Below the pieces are notes generated by a model. The model made no database searches. It worked only from the letters and a program-made list of their open reading frames with translations, and was not told where the DNA came from. Shown in pieces: positions 16,531-24,174 of a stretch of 24,174 bases of DNA. Source of the stretch: Candidatus Bipolaricaulia bacterium. Lineage in GTDB: Bacteria > Bipolaricaulota > Bipolaricaulia > JBHIAT01. The stretch lies in NCBI GenBank assembly GCA_046758705.1, contig JBHIAT010000039.1, positions 1 to 24,174 on the forward strand, read 5' to 3'. Numbering within the stretch: position 1 is the stretch's first letter; every line of letters starts with the position of its first letter. The position numbers were made by a program, and so were the translations under genes.

Positions 16531-17661
16531 CTACGTCAGTTCGATCCACCTGCGCTCGTTCGCCGAGCTCAGGACGACCTCCTCAAATCGCATCGCTGCC
16601 AGCCCGTCGGTGAACGTCGGAAAGTCGCTCGCCTCGGACCCGTCCCCTATAGACCGATATATGCTCGCCAGCAGGTTCTTCTGAGCGTCTCCCCATCCCT
16701 CGTTGTGACCGCCGGGATAGAGCGAGTACGCTTGAGTGGTCAACAGGGCGGGATCGTCAATCAGGACCCGGTTCGCCTCGTCCCGTTCCCCGATCCACAG
16801 ATAGTTGGGCTGCTCCAGATCCCAGAAGAGCGACCGTCTGCTCCCGTCGACTTCGATGTGGAGCCGATTCTTGCGGCCGGGAGCGACCTGGGAGACGATC
16901 AGACTCCCCCGGATTCCGCCCTCCATCTCGAACAGGATCGCAGCCCAGTCCTCCGTCTCGATCTTCACCGGTTCGTACGCCTCGGCCTCCCGGCCACGGG
17001 CGAACGTCTCGCGCTCCCCCCGCGGCTTCTTGCGCTGGGGGATGAACGTGGCAAGATCGGAGACGACCCGAGCCACCTCCTTCCCCGACAGGAACCGAGC
17101 GAGATCGATCCAATGGGAGCCGATGTCAGCCACCGCCCGGGTGTTCCCCTCCCCGGGCTCGAGCCGCCAGTTATAGTCGGTTTCGTAGAGGAGCCAATCC
17201 TGAATATACCCGCCGTGGATCGCCCGCACCTCCCCGATCTCCCCCGACATGATCCGCGCACGCATCTCCTGAACCACCGGGAAGAACCGATAGTTGAAGC
17301 AGACGGCGTGGGTCACCCTGTTCTCGTTTGCCAACTCGACCAGCGCCTCCGCCTCCGCCACCGTCAGCGTCAGCGGCTTCTCCGAAATCACATCCACCCC
17401 CGCTTCGATAAACGCCCGGTTGATCTCATAATGAAGACTGTTGGGGGTGCAATTGTGGATGACATCCACTCCTGCATCGAGCAACGCCCGCCAATCGGTC
17501 TCAGTCCTGGAGACGCCGAACGCCTCCTGATAGTAACGAAGCTTCTCAGGGTTTCGGGTGGCGACCGCCTTCAACCGGACCCCCGGCACCCGCCGCAGGT
17601 TCTCACAGTGCACCCGCCCGACGAACCCCAGCCCGATCACCGCCGCCTTCACGTTGGCCAT
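16531..17661 (-). CDS. Gfo/Idh/MocA family oxidoreductase
   Basis: VIGLGFVG, CTPNSLH, SEKPL and DIGSHWID. Confidence 0.93.
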   Translation of the reverse strand: MANVKAAVIGLGFVGRVHCENLRRVPGVRLKAVATRNPEKLRYYQEAFGVSRTETDWRALLDAGVDVIHNCTPNSLHYEINRAFIEAGVDVISEKPLTLTVAEAEALVELANENRVTHAVCFNYRFFPVVQEMRARIMSGEIGEVRAIHGGYIQDWLLYETDYNWRLEPGEGNTRAVADIGSHWIDLARFLSGKEVARVVSDLATFIPQRKKPRGERETFARGREAEAYEPVKIETEDWAAILFEMEGGIRGSLIVSQVAPGRKNRLHIEVDGSRRSLFWDLEQPNYLWIGERDEANRVLIDDPALLTTQAYSLYPGGHNEGWGDAQKNLLASIYRSIGDGSEASDFPTFTDGLAAMRFEEVVLSSANERRWIELT

Positions 17662-17691
17662 CGCGTCCTCCTTCCCTTCCTAAAGTCCCGG

Positions 17692-18660
17692 CTATGCCCA
17701 CCACATCTCGGCGGGCGGTTCGGTGAGAACACAGGCCTTCAGAAACTGAACCGCCTTCCTCAAGCCCTCATCCACCGAGGCGAGTGCATCCTCGTGCTCG
17801 ATACTGAGGACATAATCGTAACCGATCATTCGCAACGCGCTGATCATATCCCGCCATGTCGACTCCCCGTGGCCGTAGCCGACGGTCCGAAAGTACCAGG
17901 AGCGTTCGGGAACCTGTCGGTAAGGGGTTGTGTCCAGGACGCCGTTGATCTCGGTGTTCTGAGGGTCGATGTAGGTGTCCTTGGCGTGGATGTGGAACAG
18001 GGCATCCGCCTCCCCGAGCCGCTTGATGGCAGCGACCGGATCGATCCCTTGCCAGAAGAGATGGCTGGGGTCGAAGTTGGCGCCGATCTCCGGCCCAACC
18101 ACGTCGCGCAGCCGGAGGAGCGTCCCCGGGTTGTAGATCATGAACCCGGGATGCATCTCGAAGGCGAGCTTCACCCCGTGATCCCGAGCGAGCCGGGCCG
18201 CCTGCGTCCAGTAAGGGATCAGTACCTCCTCCCACTGCCATTCCAACACCTTCCTAAAATCCTCGGGCCAGGCGCAGGTCACCCAGTTGGGATACTTCGC
18301 TCTCTCTGAATCTCCGGGACACCCGGAAAAGAGACAGATAACCCCCACCTCCAGCTTCTCGGCCAGCCGGACCGTCCGCTCGAATGTCTCATGATGGCGC
18401 TTTGCGAACGCCTCATCCGGATGGATCGGGTTGCCATGGCAGCTGAGCGCACTGATAATCAACCCCCGATCCATCACCGCCTGCTTGAACGTCTTTAACT
18501 GACGTTCGTCGTTGAGCAACTCCTCCGGGTTACAGTGGGCGGTGCCGGGGTAATTGCCCGTCCCCGGCTCGATCGCCTCCAGACCCTCGGCCACCACCCG
18601 GTCCAGCATTTCTTCGAATGCCAGCTCCCGAAACAGCGGCGTATGCACACCGATCTTCAA
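17692..18660 (-). CDS. Sugar phosphate isomerase/epimerase (xylose-isomerase-like TIM barrel)
   Basis: FEMHPG, NFDPSH, HIHAKD and LSIEHED; TTG start after AAGGAGG. Confidence 0.92.
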   Translation of the reverse strand: MKIGVHTPLFRELAFEEMLDRVVAEGLEAIEPGTGNYPGTAHCNPEELLNDERQLKTFKQAVMDRGLIISALSCHGNPIHPDEAFAKRHHETFERTVRLAEKLEVGVICLFSGCPGDSERAKYPNWVTCAWPEDFRKVLEWQWEEVLIPYWTQAARLARDHGVKLAFEMHPGFMIYNPGTLLRLRDVVGPEIGANFDPSHLFWQGIDPVAAIKRLGEADALFHIHAKDTYIDPQNTEINGVLDTTPYRQVPERSWYFRTVGYGHGESTWRDMISALRMIGYDYVLSIEHEDALASVDEGLRKAVQFLKACVLTEPPAEMWWA

Positions 18661-18793
18661 CTAGATCTACCTCCTTTAGACAAACACACAGCGACGTATC
18701 CTGATCTCCCGCCGTCTGGTATATTTCCTTTCCTCCATACTCGGATCCGGTGATTCGCCACAAACACTATACTATCCCCGATACAGAGATGGG

Positions 18794-19357
18794 TCAACGA
18801 TACTCCAGGAGGCAGAGACGTTGACCACCGTCGACCTCCTCCCCCTCTGCAACGTCGATCCGTTTGACGATCCCAGCGCACGGTGCTCGGATCTGGTTTT
18901 CCATCTTCATTGCCTCGATGATGACCAAGCTATCCCCCTCACTCACCGCCTGGCCCTCGGTCACCTCGACTTTGACGATCAAACCGGGCATGACGGCGGT
19001 GATCACCCGCTCCTGTTTCCTGTCCACCGCTTGCTCATCCCGACTGAGCCTTGCCTTGAGTGTTTGTAACCCCGTTCGTTCGACCCGAACCCGATAGTCT
19101 CGCCCATGGAGGTTCACCTGATAATCCCCTCGCCCTCCGGCGATACCGAGTTGGACCGATCCTGCCCCCTGGGTGAACGTATATAAAGCACCCGGCCCGC
19201 TATGGCGGAGCTCGGCCGGAAATTTCTCGTCCCCGATCGCCGCCCACAGGTGTCCCTCGCGTTCGAACAGGGTCACCTCATGGACCGCTCCATCGATCTC
19301 GACGAGATAACGCCATCCTGGCTCACGACTATCGGAACCGGCTCCTTTTCCAACCAT
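18794..19357 (-). CDS. Biotin carboxyl carrier subunit of an acyl-CoA carboxylase
   Basis: ITAVMPG...IEAMKMEN biotinylation motif. The likely start is ATG 19357, overlapping the accC end. Confidence 0.88.
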   Translation of the reverse strand: MVGKGAGSDSREPGWRYLVEIDGAVHEVTLFEREGHLWAAIGDEKFPAELRHSGPGALYTFTQGAGSVQLGIAGGRGDYQVNLHGRDYRVRVERTGLQTLKARLSRDEQAVDRKQERVITAVMPGLIVKVEVTEGQAVSEGDSLVIIEAMKMENQIRAPCAGIVKRIDVAEGEEVDGGQRLCLLEYR

Positions 19358-20801
19358 CGTCCGATCGACGCACCCCTTCGATGAAGTTGAACCGCTCTCG
19401 ATCCCGCTTGATCGCCATTGCGACTGCGATCGCTTGCAGCGTGGTCTCCGGCGGTTCGGTCGGCTCGAACCCGACGACGAAATCGGCCGTGTAATCCCCT
19501 CGCAGGAAGCGTGGGTCGGCCATCGCCTGTCGGCTGAAGTCAATCGTGGTCCTCACCCCGAAGATGATCAGCTCATCGAGCACCCGGCTCATCCGTTCGA
19601 TCGCTGCTTCTCGGGTCTGTGCCCAGGCAATCAGTTTCAACAACAATGGGTCGTAATAGTGTGTCACCCGGCTCCCGAGGTACAAGTCCGAGTCCACCCG
19701 CACGCCGGGGCCGTCGGGTAAGGCGAGCCCCTCGATCGTGCCGGTCGACGGATAGAAGTGATTCGCCGGATCCTCGGCATAGATTCGGCACTCGATCGCC
19801 GCCCCGCTCAGCTTGATTCGATCCTGACGATAATCGAGCTTCTCGCCCCGGGCAATTCGGATCTGGGCGTGAACGAGATCGATCCCGGTGATCATCTCAG
19901 TGACCGGGTGCTCGACCTGGAGGCGGGTGTTCATCTCAAGGAAGTAATAACGGCCCTGGTGGTACAGAAACTCCACCGTTCCAGCATTTCGATAATCGGC
20001 AGCGGTCGCGATCTTCACGGCGGCCTCCCCCATCTCGGCCCGCCGCTCGACGGAGAGAGCGACCGACGGGGACTCCTCGATCAGTTTCTGATGACGTCGC
20101 TGGATGGAGCAGTCACGCTCTCCCAGATGGACACGGGTTCCACGGCCGTCCGCCAGGATCTGAAACTCGATATGCTTCGCCCCGGGGAGGAACCGCTCCA
20201 CGTAGAGCCGCCGATCGCCGAACGCCGCCTCGGCCTCGGAGGCAGCTCGATCGAACGCTTCGTTCACCTCATCCGCATCGGCTACGAGCCGCATCCCCTT
20301 CCCGCCTCCGCCGGCGGTCGCCTTGATCAGGATCGGATAGCCGAACTTCTGGGCCAGTCGTTTGACCTGCTTAGCATCCCGGACCGGTTCCTCCGACCCC
20401 GGGATGACCGGCACCTCCTGAGCGTTTGCCAGTCGTCGGGCGGCCAGCTTGTCCCCCATCGTCCGGATCGACCCCGGCGCAGGGCCGATGAAGATCAGAT
20501 CGCTCCGCTCCACCGCCTCGGCGAAGTCGGCGTTCTCGGCCAGGAAGCCGTAGCCGGGATGGATCGCATCGCATCCGGTCACCTGAGCGAGTTCGATCAG
20601 CCACTCACCTCTGAGATAGCTCTCCCGGGCAGGGGAAGGGCCGATCAAGTGGGCCTCATCGGCATATCGAGCATGAAGGGAATCCCGGTCGGCCTCGGAA
20701 TAGATAGCGACTGTCTCGATCCCGAGTTCCTTGCAGGCCCGGATGACCCTTAGGGCAATCTCACCCCGGTTGGCGATCAGAATTTTTTGTATCGGCATCA
20801 C
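19329..20801 (-). CDS. accC: Biotin carboxylase subunit
   Basis: KILIANRGEIA, HPGYGFLAEN, GGGGKGMR, DCSIQRRHQK and EMNTRLQVEHPVTE. Confidence 0.95.
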   Translation of the reverse strand: MMPIQKILIANRGEIALRVIRACKELGIETVAIYSEADRDSLHARYADEAHLIGPSPARESYLRGEWLIELAQVTGCDAIHPGYGFLAENADFAEAVERSDLIFIGPAPGSIRTMGDKLAARRLANAQEVPVIPGSEEPVRDAKQVKRLAQKFGYPILIKATAGGGGKGMRLVADADEVNEAFDRAASEAEAAFGDRRLYVERFLPGAKHIEFQILADGRGTRVHLGERDCSIQRRHQKLIEESPSVALSVERRAEMGEAAVKIATAADYRNAGTVEFLYHQGRYYFLEMNTRLQVEHPVTEMITGIDLVHAQIRIARGEKLDYRQDRIKLSGAAIECRIYAEDPANHFYPSTGTIEGLALPDGPGVRVDSDLYLGSRVTHYYDPLLLKLIAWAQTREAAIERMSRVLDELIIFGVRTTIDFSRQAMADPRFLRGDYTADFVVGFEPTEPPETTLQAIAVAMAIKRDRERFNFIEGVRRSDDGWKRSRFR

Positions 20802-20841
20802 AAGCCAGATCTCCCATCACGACCGGATTCAAGTTACTTCA

Positions 20842-20910
20842 AGTATAGGAAGGACCAGGAAAATTTCCAACTCTAGGAGAGTTGTACCGCCGACCGAAGC
20901 GGTCTACAAT
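20842..20910. promoter_or_regulatory. Divergent sigma70 promoters (accC on minus, DUF4443-like gene on plus)
   Basis: Minus: TTGGAA(20870-20865)-17-TATACT(20847-20842). Plus: TTGTAC(20882-20887)-17-TACAAT(20905-20910), with a GACCG/CGGTC inverted repeat in the spacer. Confidence 0.65.
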
Positions 20911-20930
20911 GGCCTCGAGGTGTAAAGTTC

Positions 20931-21524
20931 ATGTCAGATGCCTGGATAGAACGATGGAGATATATCTCGAGCTGCCTGATCTATTATCTCACCCATGAGG
21001 TGATGGGCCGTAGGACGCTGGTCGAGCAGACTGGATTTACGGAAAGCCGAGTGCGAACGGCCTTGGAACGGCTCCGTCAAGATGGATTCGTCTCGATGGA
21101 CAAGCAGGGGACCCAGGTCACCGAGGCGGGACGGCAGGCGTTCAAGCAGGTCTTAGATATGGTCAAAGGATTGGAGACCCTCCAGTTGAAGGAACTGAGT
21201 CTGGGGCGCTTCAACCGGGCGACCCTGCTTAACGAACTGGGAGCTGATTTCTCAAGATCGTGGCGGTATCGGGACGTGGCCATTCGAGAGGGCGCTTCCG
21301 CTGTACTCTTTCTCACCTGTAACGATGAGCTCCGCTTCTCGGATGAGACACAGCCGCTCGCGGCTCAAAATCCTGATGATGCAAAGACCATTCGACAGAC
21401 GTTTCAGGCATGGACACCTGGGGACCTGGTGGTGATCGTCTTCGCTGAAGCTCGGGGGGCCGCGGAGGCAGGCCTGTGGCGGGTGATCGATCAGCTCAGT
21501 CAGCCGCAGATGAGGGCGATTTGA
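20931..21524 (+). CDS. Winged-HTH plus DUF4443-like putative regulator
   Basis: MGRRTLVEQTGFTESRVRTALERL...GTQVTEAG wHTH, then YRDVAIREGASAVLFL and GDLVVIVFAE. Confidence 0.65.
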   Translation: MSDAWIERWRYISSCLIYYLTHEVMGRRTLVEQTGFTESRVRTALERLRQDGFVSMDKQGTQVTEAGRQAFKQVLDMVKGLETLQLKELSLGRFNRATLLNELGADFSRSWRYRDVAIREGASAVLFLTCNDELRFSDETQPLAAQNPDDAKTIRQTFQAWTPGDLVVIVFAEARGAAEAGLWRVIDQLSQPQMRAI

Positions 21525-21528
21525 TTTC

Positions 21529-21564
21529 CTCTCTCAGGGTATAATAACTCTCTCAGGGTATAAT
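21529..21564 (+). repeat. Tandem direct repeat of 17 bp containing TATAAT
   Basis: CTCTCTCAGGGTATAAT at 21529-21545 and 21548-21564. Confidence 0.9.
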
Positions 21565-21599
21565 GAATTTAGATAATACATAAGGGGGTTGTGCCAGGA

Positions 21600-22883
21600 A
21601 TGCGCAAGATCACAGTTTTATCATTGGTTGTTCTGCTCCTCCTGACCGGCTGCACCGCTTTCGTCAGGGAGCCCACCGCTCCGTCGATTCCCACGCGGCG
21701 AGTTGCGGTGTTAGATTTCCGAGGAGATGAGGAGTTGGTCATCGCGATCACCGAGACGTTCACTACCTCGTTCGTGAGAGCCGGCTCCTTCGAGGTGGTG
21801 GAACGGGCTCAACTGGAGAAGGCGATCGAGGAGCTCAAACTGGGCGTGGCGGGCATTCTTACCGAAGCCTCTGCCAAAGAGATCGGTCAAGCGATCGGGG
21901 CCGATGCCATCGTAGTGGGGAGCGTTACCACCATCGGAGATGACCTCCTGATCAACACCCGGATTATCGATGTGGAGACCGGGGTGATCTTGGTCGCCGA
22001 GACAAGCGAGAGCAAACGAACCGTCAGCGCGATCCGTGAGGTCGCTGATACGGTTGTGGGTGAGTTGACCAAGGCCTACGCGGAGCGGATTCAGATCGCG
22101 GGAAGAAGTGAAAGTGAAGTAGAAGAAGTGGAACGGGAGGTTGAACGGGAAGTCCCGGTTGTTGTTGAAGAACAGCCTCGGGAGGAAGAGATAGTGATCA
22201 TCGTTCAACCGCCGGAGGAGGTCGAACCGGAAGTCTCACCCGTTGAAGAGGAGCCTCGAAGGGAAGCGGATCGGCAACCGCCCCACCCGGAGGAGCGACC
22301 CCGACTCGCGGTCTTCGTTGAGATGATCAGGGGGCCTCAAAGAGCGGTCGTCGGTCAGATCCTCTTTGAAGAACTCCAGGACGCCCCCGGAGCGCCCGTC
22401 CGCGATGTTGATGTTGGGGTTCGGGTCAACGGAATTCGCATCCCCTATCGGCTCCGGCAACCGATCCCTTCTCCTCCAGAACTCCGGCTCAGGCCCGGTC
22501 AGCCCGTCCATCTGGAGGTTCGTGTCGGTGACACCCGAATAGCAGGGACGGCGATGATGCCGGGCTACTTCGTCGAGATCCAGACACACAGGCAGGTTCC
22601 GCTTAGAGAACCCGTCCCGATCCGACTGCACCATGATCCTCAGCGGAGGCCGGCCCAGGAGCTCAGGATCAACGTTTTCGGGCGTGCCGGTCCGGTCCAC
22701 CACAGCGGCCCTTTGCCGCCCAGGACTCCAGAGTACACTATCCCGGCCGAGGTCTTTACTCAACCCGGACGCTATCGCATCGAAGCCGTGTTGATCAATA
22801 GATCAGAAAACCTCCATCGTCCATTCCTCTTCCTTGCCGGGACGAGAAGCGAGACGGCTCTAGGCGTGGGTCAGCCCCCCTAA
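21600..22883 (+). CDS. CsgG/FlgO-like lipoprotein with an acidic Pro-rich linker and a C-terminal beta-rich domain
   Basis: Signal peptide with lipobox LLTG-C; RVAVLDF, FEVVERAQLEKAIEEL, IGADAIVVGSV and RIIDVETG. Confidence 0.8.
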   Translation: MRKITVLSLVVLLLLTGCTAFVREPTAPSIPTRRVAVLDFRGDEELVIAITETFTTSFVRAGSFEVVERAQLEKAIEELKLGVAGILTEASAKEIGQAIGADAIVVGSVTTIGDDLLINTRIIDVETGVILVAETSESKRTVSAIREVADTVVGELTKAYAERIQIAGRSESEVEEVEREVEREVPVVVEEQPREEEIVIIVQPPEEVEPEVSPVEEEPRREADRQPPHPEERPRLAVFVEMIRGPQRAVVGQILFEELQDAPGAPVRDVDVGVRVNGIRIPYRLRQPIPSPPELRLRPGQPVHLEVRVGDTRIAGTAMMPGYFVEIQTHRQVPLREPVPIRLHHDPQRRPAQELRINVFGRAGPVHHSGPLPPRTPEYTIPAEVFTQPGRYRIEAVLINRSENLHRPFLFLAGTRSETALGVGQPP

Positions 22884-22889
22884 TGAGCA

Positions 22890-24174
22890 TTAGCCAGGAA
22901 TCAGGATGAGCAACGCCTCCTGTTCTGCCTCGATCGTCTCTCGGTCGAAGTACATCGGGTGGTACGCCACCGCCTGCCAGGGGTCGATCAGGTCGCTGTA
23001 GTGTTTGTAGTAAGGCTGACCCGATTGGCCGGTGGTATGTATCGACTGGGAGTTTCCCAGCGCACCTAAGTCGACGATCTGGCGGTAGGAGGACAGACTG
23101 GTCGTAGAGAAGGGATTTCGGTAACTGAAAGCGGCTCGGTCGATCGTGAACACACCCCCGCGACTTGGCACCGGCCCCCGGTTGAAGATCCGGCTCAACA
23201 CAGAGACACCCAACGGGTGTTCAAAGGTCGAGCGGTGAAGCCGGCCCCAGCTCCAGCGGTCCGGATCCTCGCCGAGTTGATCCTGAAGCATCTCGATCCC
23301 CTGTTCAAAACTCCGGTTCAGGATCGCCTCCCGATCCTCAACCTCGGGTGTGGAGACGTCATCGAACCACCGGCTCTCCCGGTCTTCGATCAACCGTTCC
23401 AGGGTGAGCGCGTGGAAGCTGCTCCTCCCCAGGTAATCTCCGAACAACTCCTCACCCAGCTCATCGGCGAACGTGTTCTCCACCAACTTCAGGTAGGTCA
23501 TCTCGAAGATCGAGGCGCCGACGCTGTCCAGCTTGTAGCGAAAGTCCCAACCGCGAAGCCGTTCCAATGCCTTGGTTTCGAGTTCTGTCTCGAGCTCGAT
23601 CGTCAGTAGATGAGGGACGAGCCGCTCCGCCTGGATCGAGTAGGTATCGGCCTGAATCCGTTCGAAATCCTCGATGCTCAGCGTCTCCGTTTCGGTCAAC
23701 AACGCGATGATCCGCTCGGCGCGGTAGGGGGCGGCCCATTCGGCCGAGATAAAGTAGGGGTAGTCGTCGGGGACGACCTGGTTGTTGGCAGTGGCGATAT
23801 ACCCGGTCGGCGGGTTGAAGATCGACGGCAGCTCATCGAACGGCACATACCCCTCCCACTCGTACTCTCCGGTCCAGCCAGGAACCGGAACCAACCCACG
23901 ACCCCGAGCCCGGATCGGGATGAGCCCTGGCATCTGGTAGCCGATGTTGCCGTCGATGTCAGCATAGACGAAGTTCTGAGACGGAGCGTCGAAGTCGCGC
24001 AACGCGTTTCGAAACTCCTCCCAGGTTCTGGCCCGATCGAGCCGCAGCACGCTCCTCAGCAGTTGGTTCGGCGAACTGGTCGCTGTCCACCGGAACGCGA
24101 GCGGCTGTTCCAAATCGGAGACGACGTCGTTGATGATCGGCCCGTGACGGGTGATCCGCACCTCCAGGATCTCC
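22890..24174 (-). CDS. Penicillin acylase family protein (3' part; the 5' end lies outside the window)
   Basis: TRHGPII, QNFVYADIDGNIGY, IATANN, WSWGRLH, SYRQIVDL and GQSG..Y..HYSD. Confidence 0.93.
   Translation of the reverse strand, partial: EILEVRITRHGPIINDVVSDLEQPLAFRWTATSSPNQLLRSVLRLDRARTWEEFRNALRDFDAPSQNFVYADIDGNIGYQMPGLIPIRARGRGLVPVPGWTGEYEWEGYVPFDELPSIFNPPTGYIATANNQVVPDDYPYFISAEWAAPYRAERIIALLTETETLSIEDFERIQADTYSIQAERLVPHLLTIELETELETKALERLRGWDFRYKLDSVGASIFEMTYLKLVENTFADELGEELFGDYLGRSSFHALTLERLIEDRESRWFDDVSTPEVEDREAILNRSFEQGIEMLQDQLGEDPDRWSWGRLHRSTFEHPLGVSVLSRIFNRGPVPSRGGVFTIDRAAFSYRNPFSTTSLSSYRQIVDLGALGNSQSIHTTGQSGQPYYKHYSDLIDPWQAVAYHPMYFDRETIEAEQEALLILIPG

Overview
High-GC bacterial chromosomal window. 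The 16S gene is bacterial and divergent; my impression is Ca. Bipolaricaulota/Acetothermia-like, but this is not verified. Left end: the tail of an integron cassette array. It has what looks like the 3' end of a group II intron sitting inside an attC site, a complete higBA cassette closed by a canonical attC, and a second antitoxin-like gene broken at a junction with a truncated EamA gene. Next come an SDR gene and an archaeal-type mre11-rad50-nurA-(HTH)-herA DNA end-resection cluster under bacterial sigma70 promoters. Divergent from it is a DUF1802-like/PD-(D/E)XK nuclease fusion, followed by a decayed restriction-enzyme/integrase remnant. The middle holds a PLP aminotransferase and a stand-alone 16S rRNA gene with no tRNA or 23S after it. 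That 16S carries an 80-nt V2 hairpin and co-varied central-pseudoknot positions. The right part holds yggT, yggS (no canonical start codon), a Gfo/Idh/MocA plus sugar isomerase pair, biotin carrier and biotin carboxylase genes, a DUF4443-like protein, a CsgG-like lipoprotein and a partial penicillin acylase gene. All family calls come from motif recognition by eye; no database search was run.
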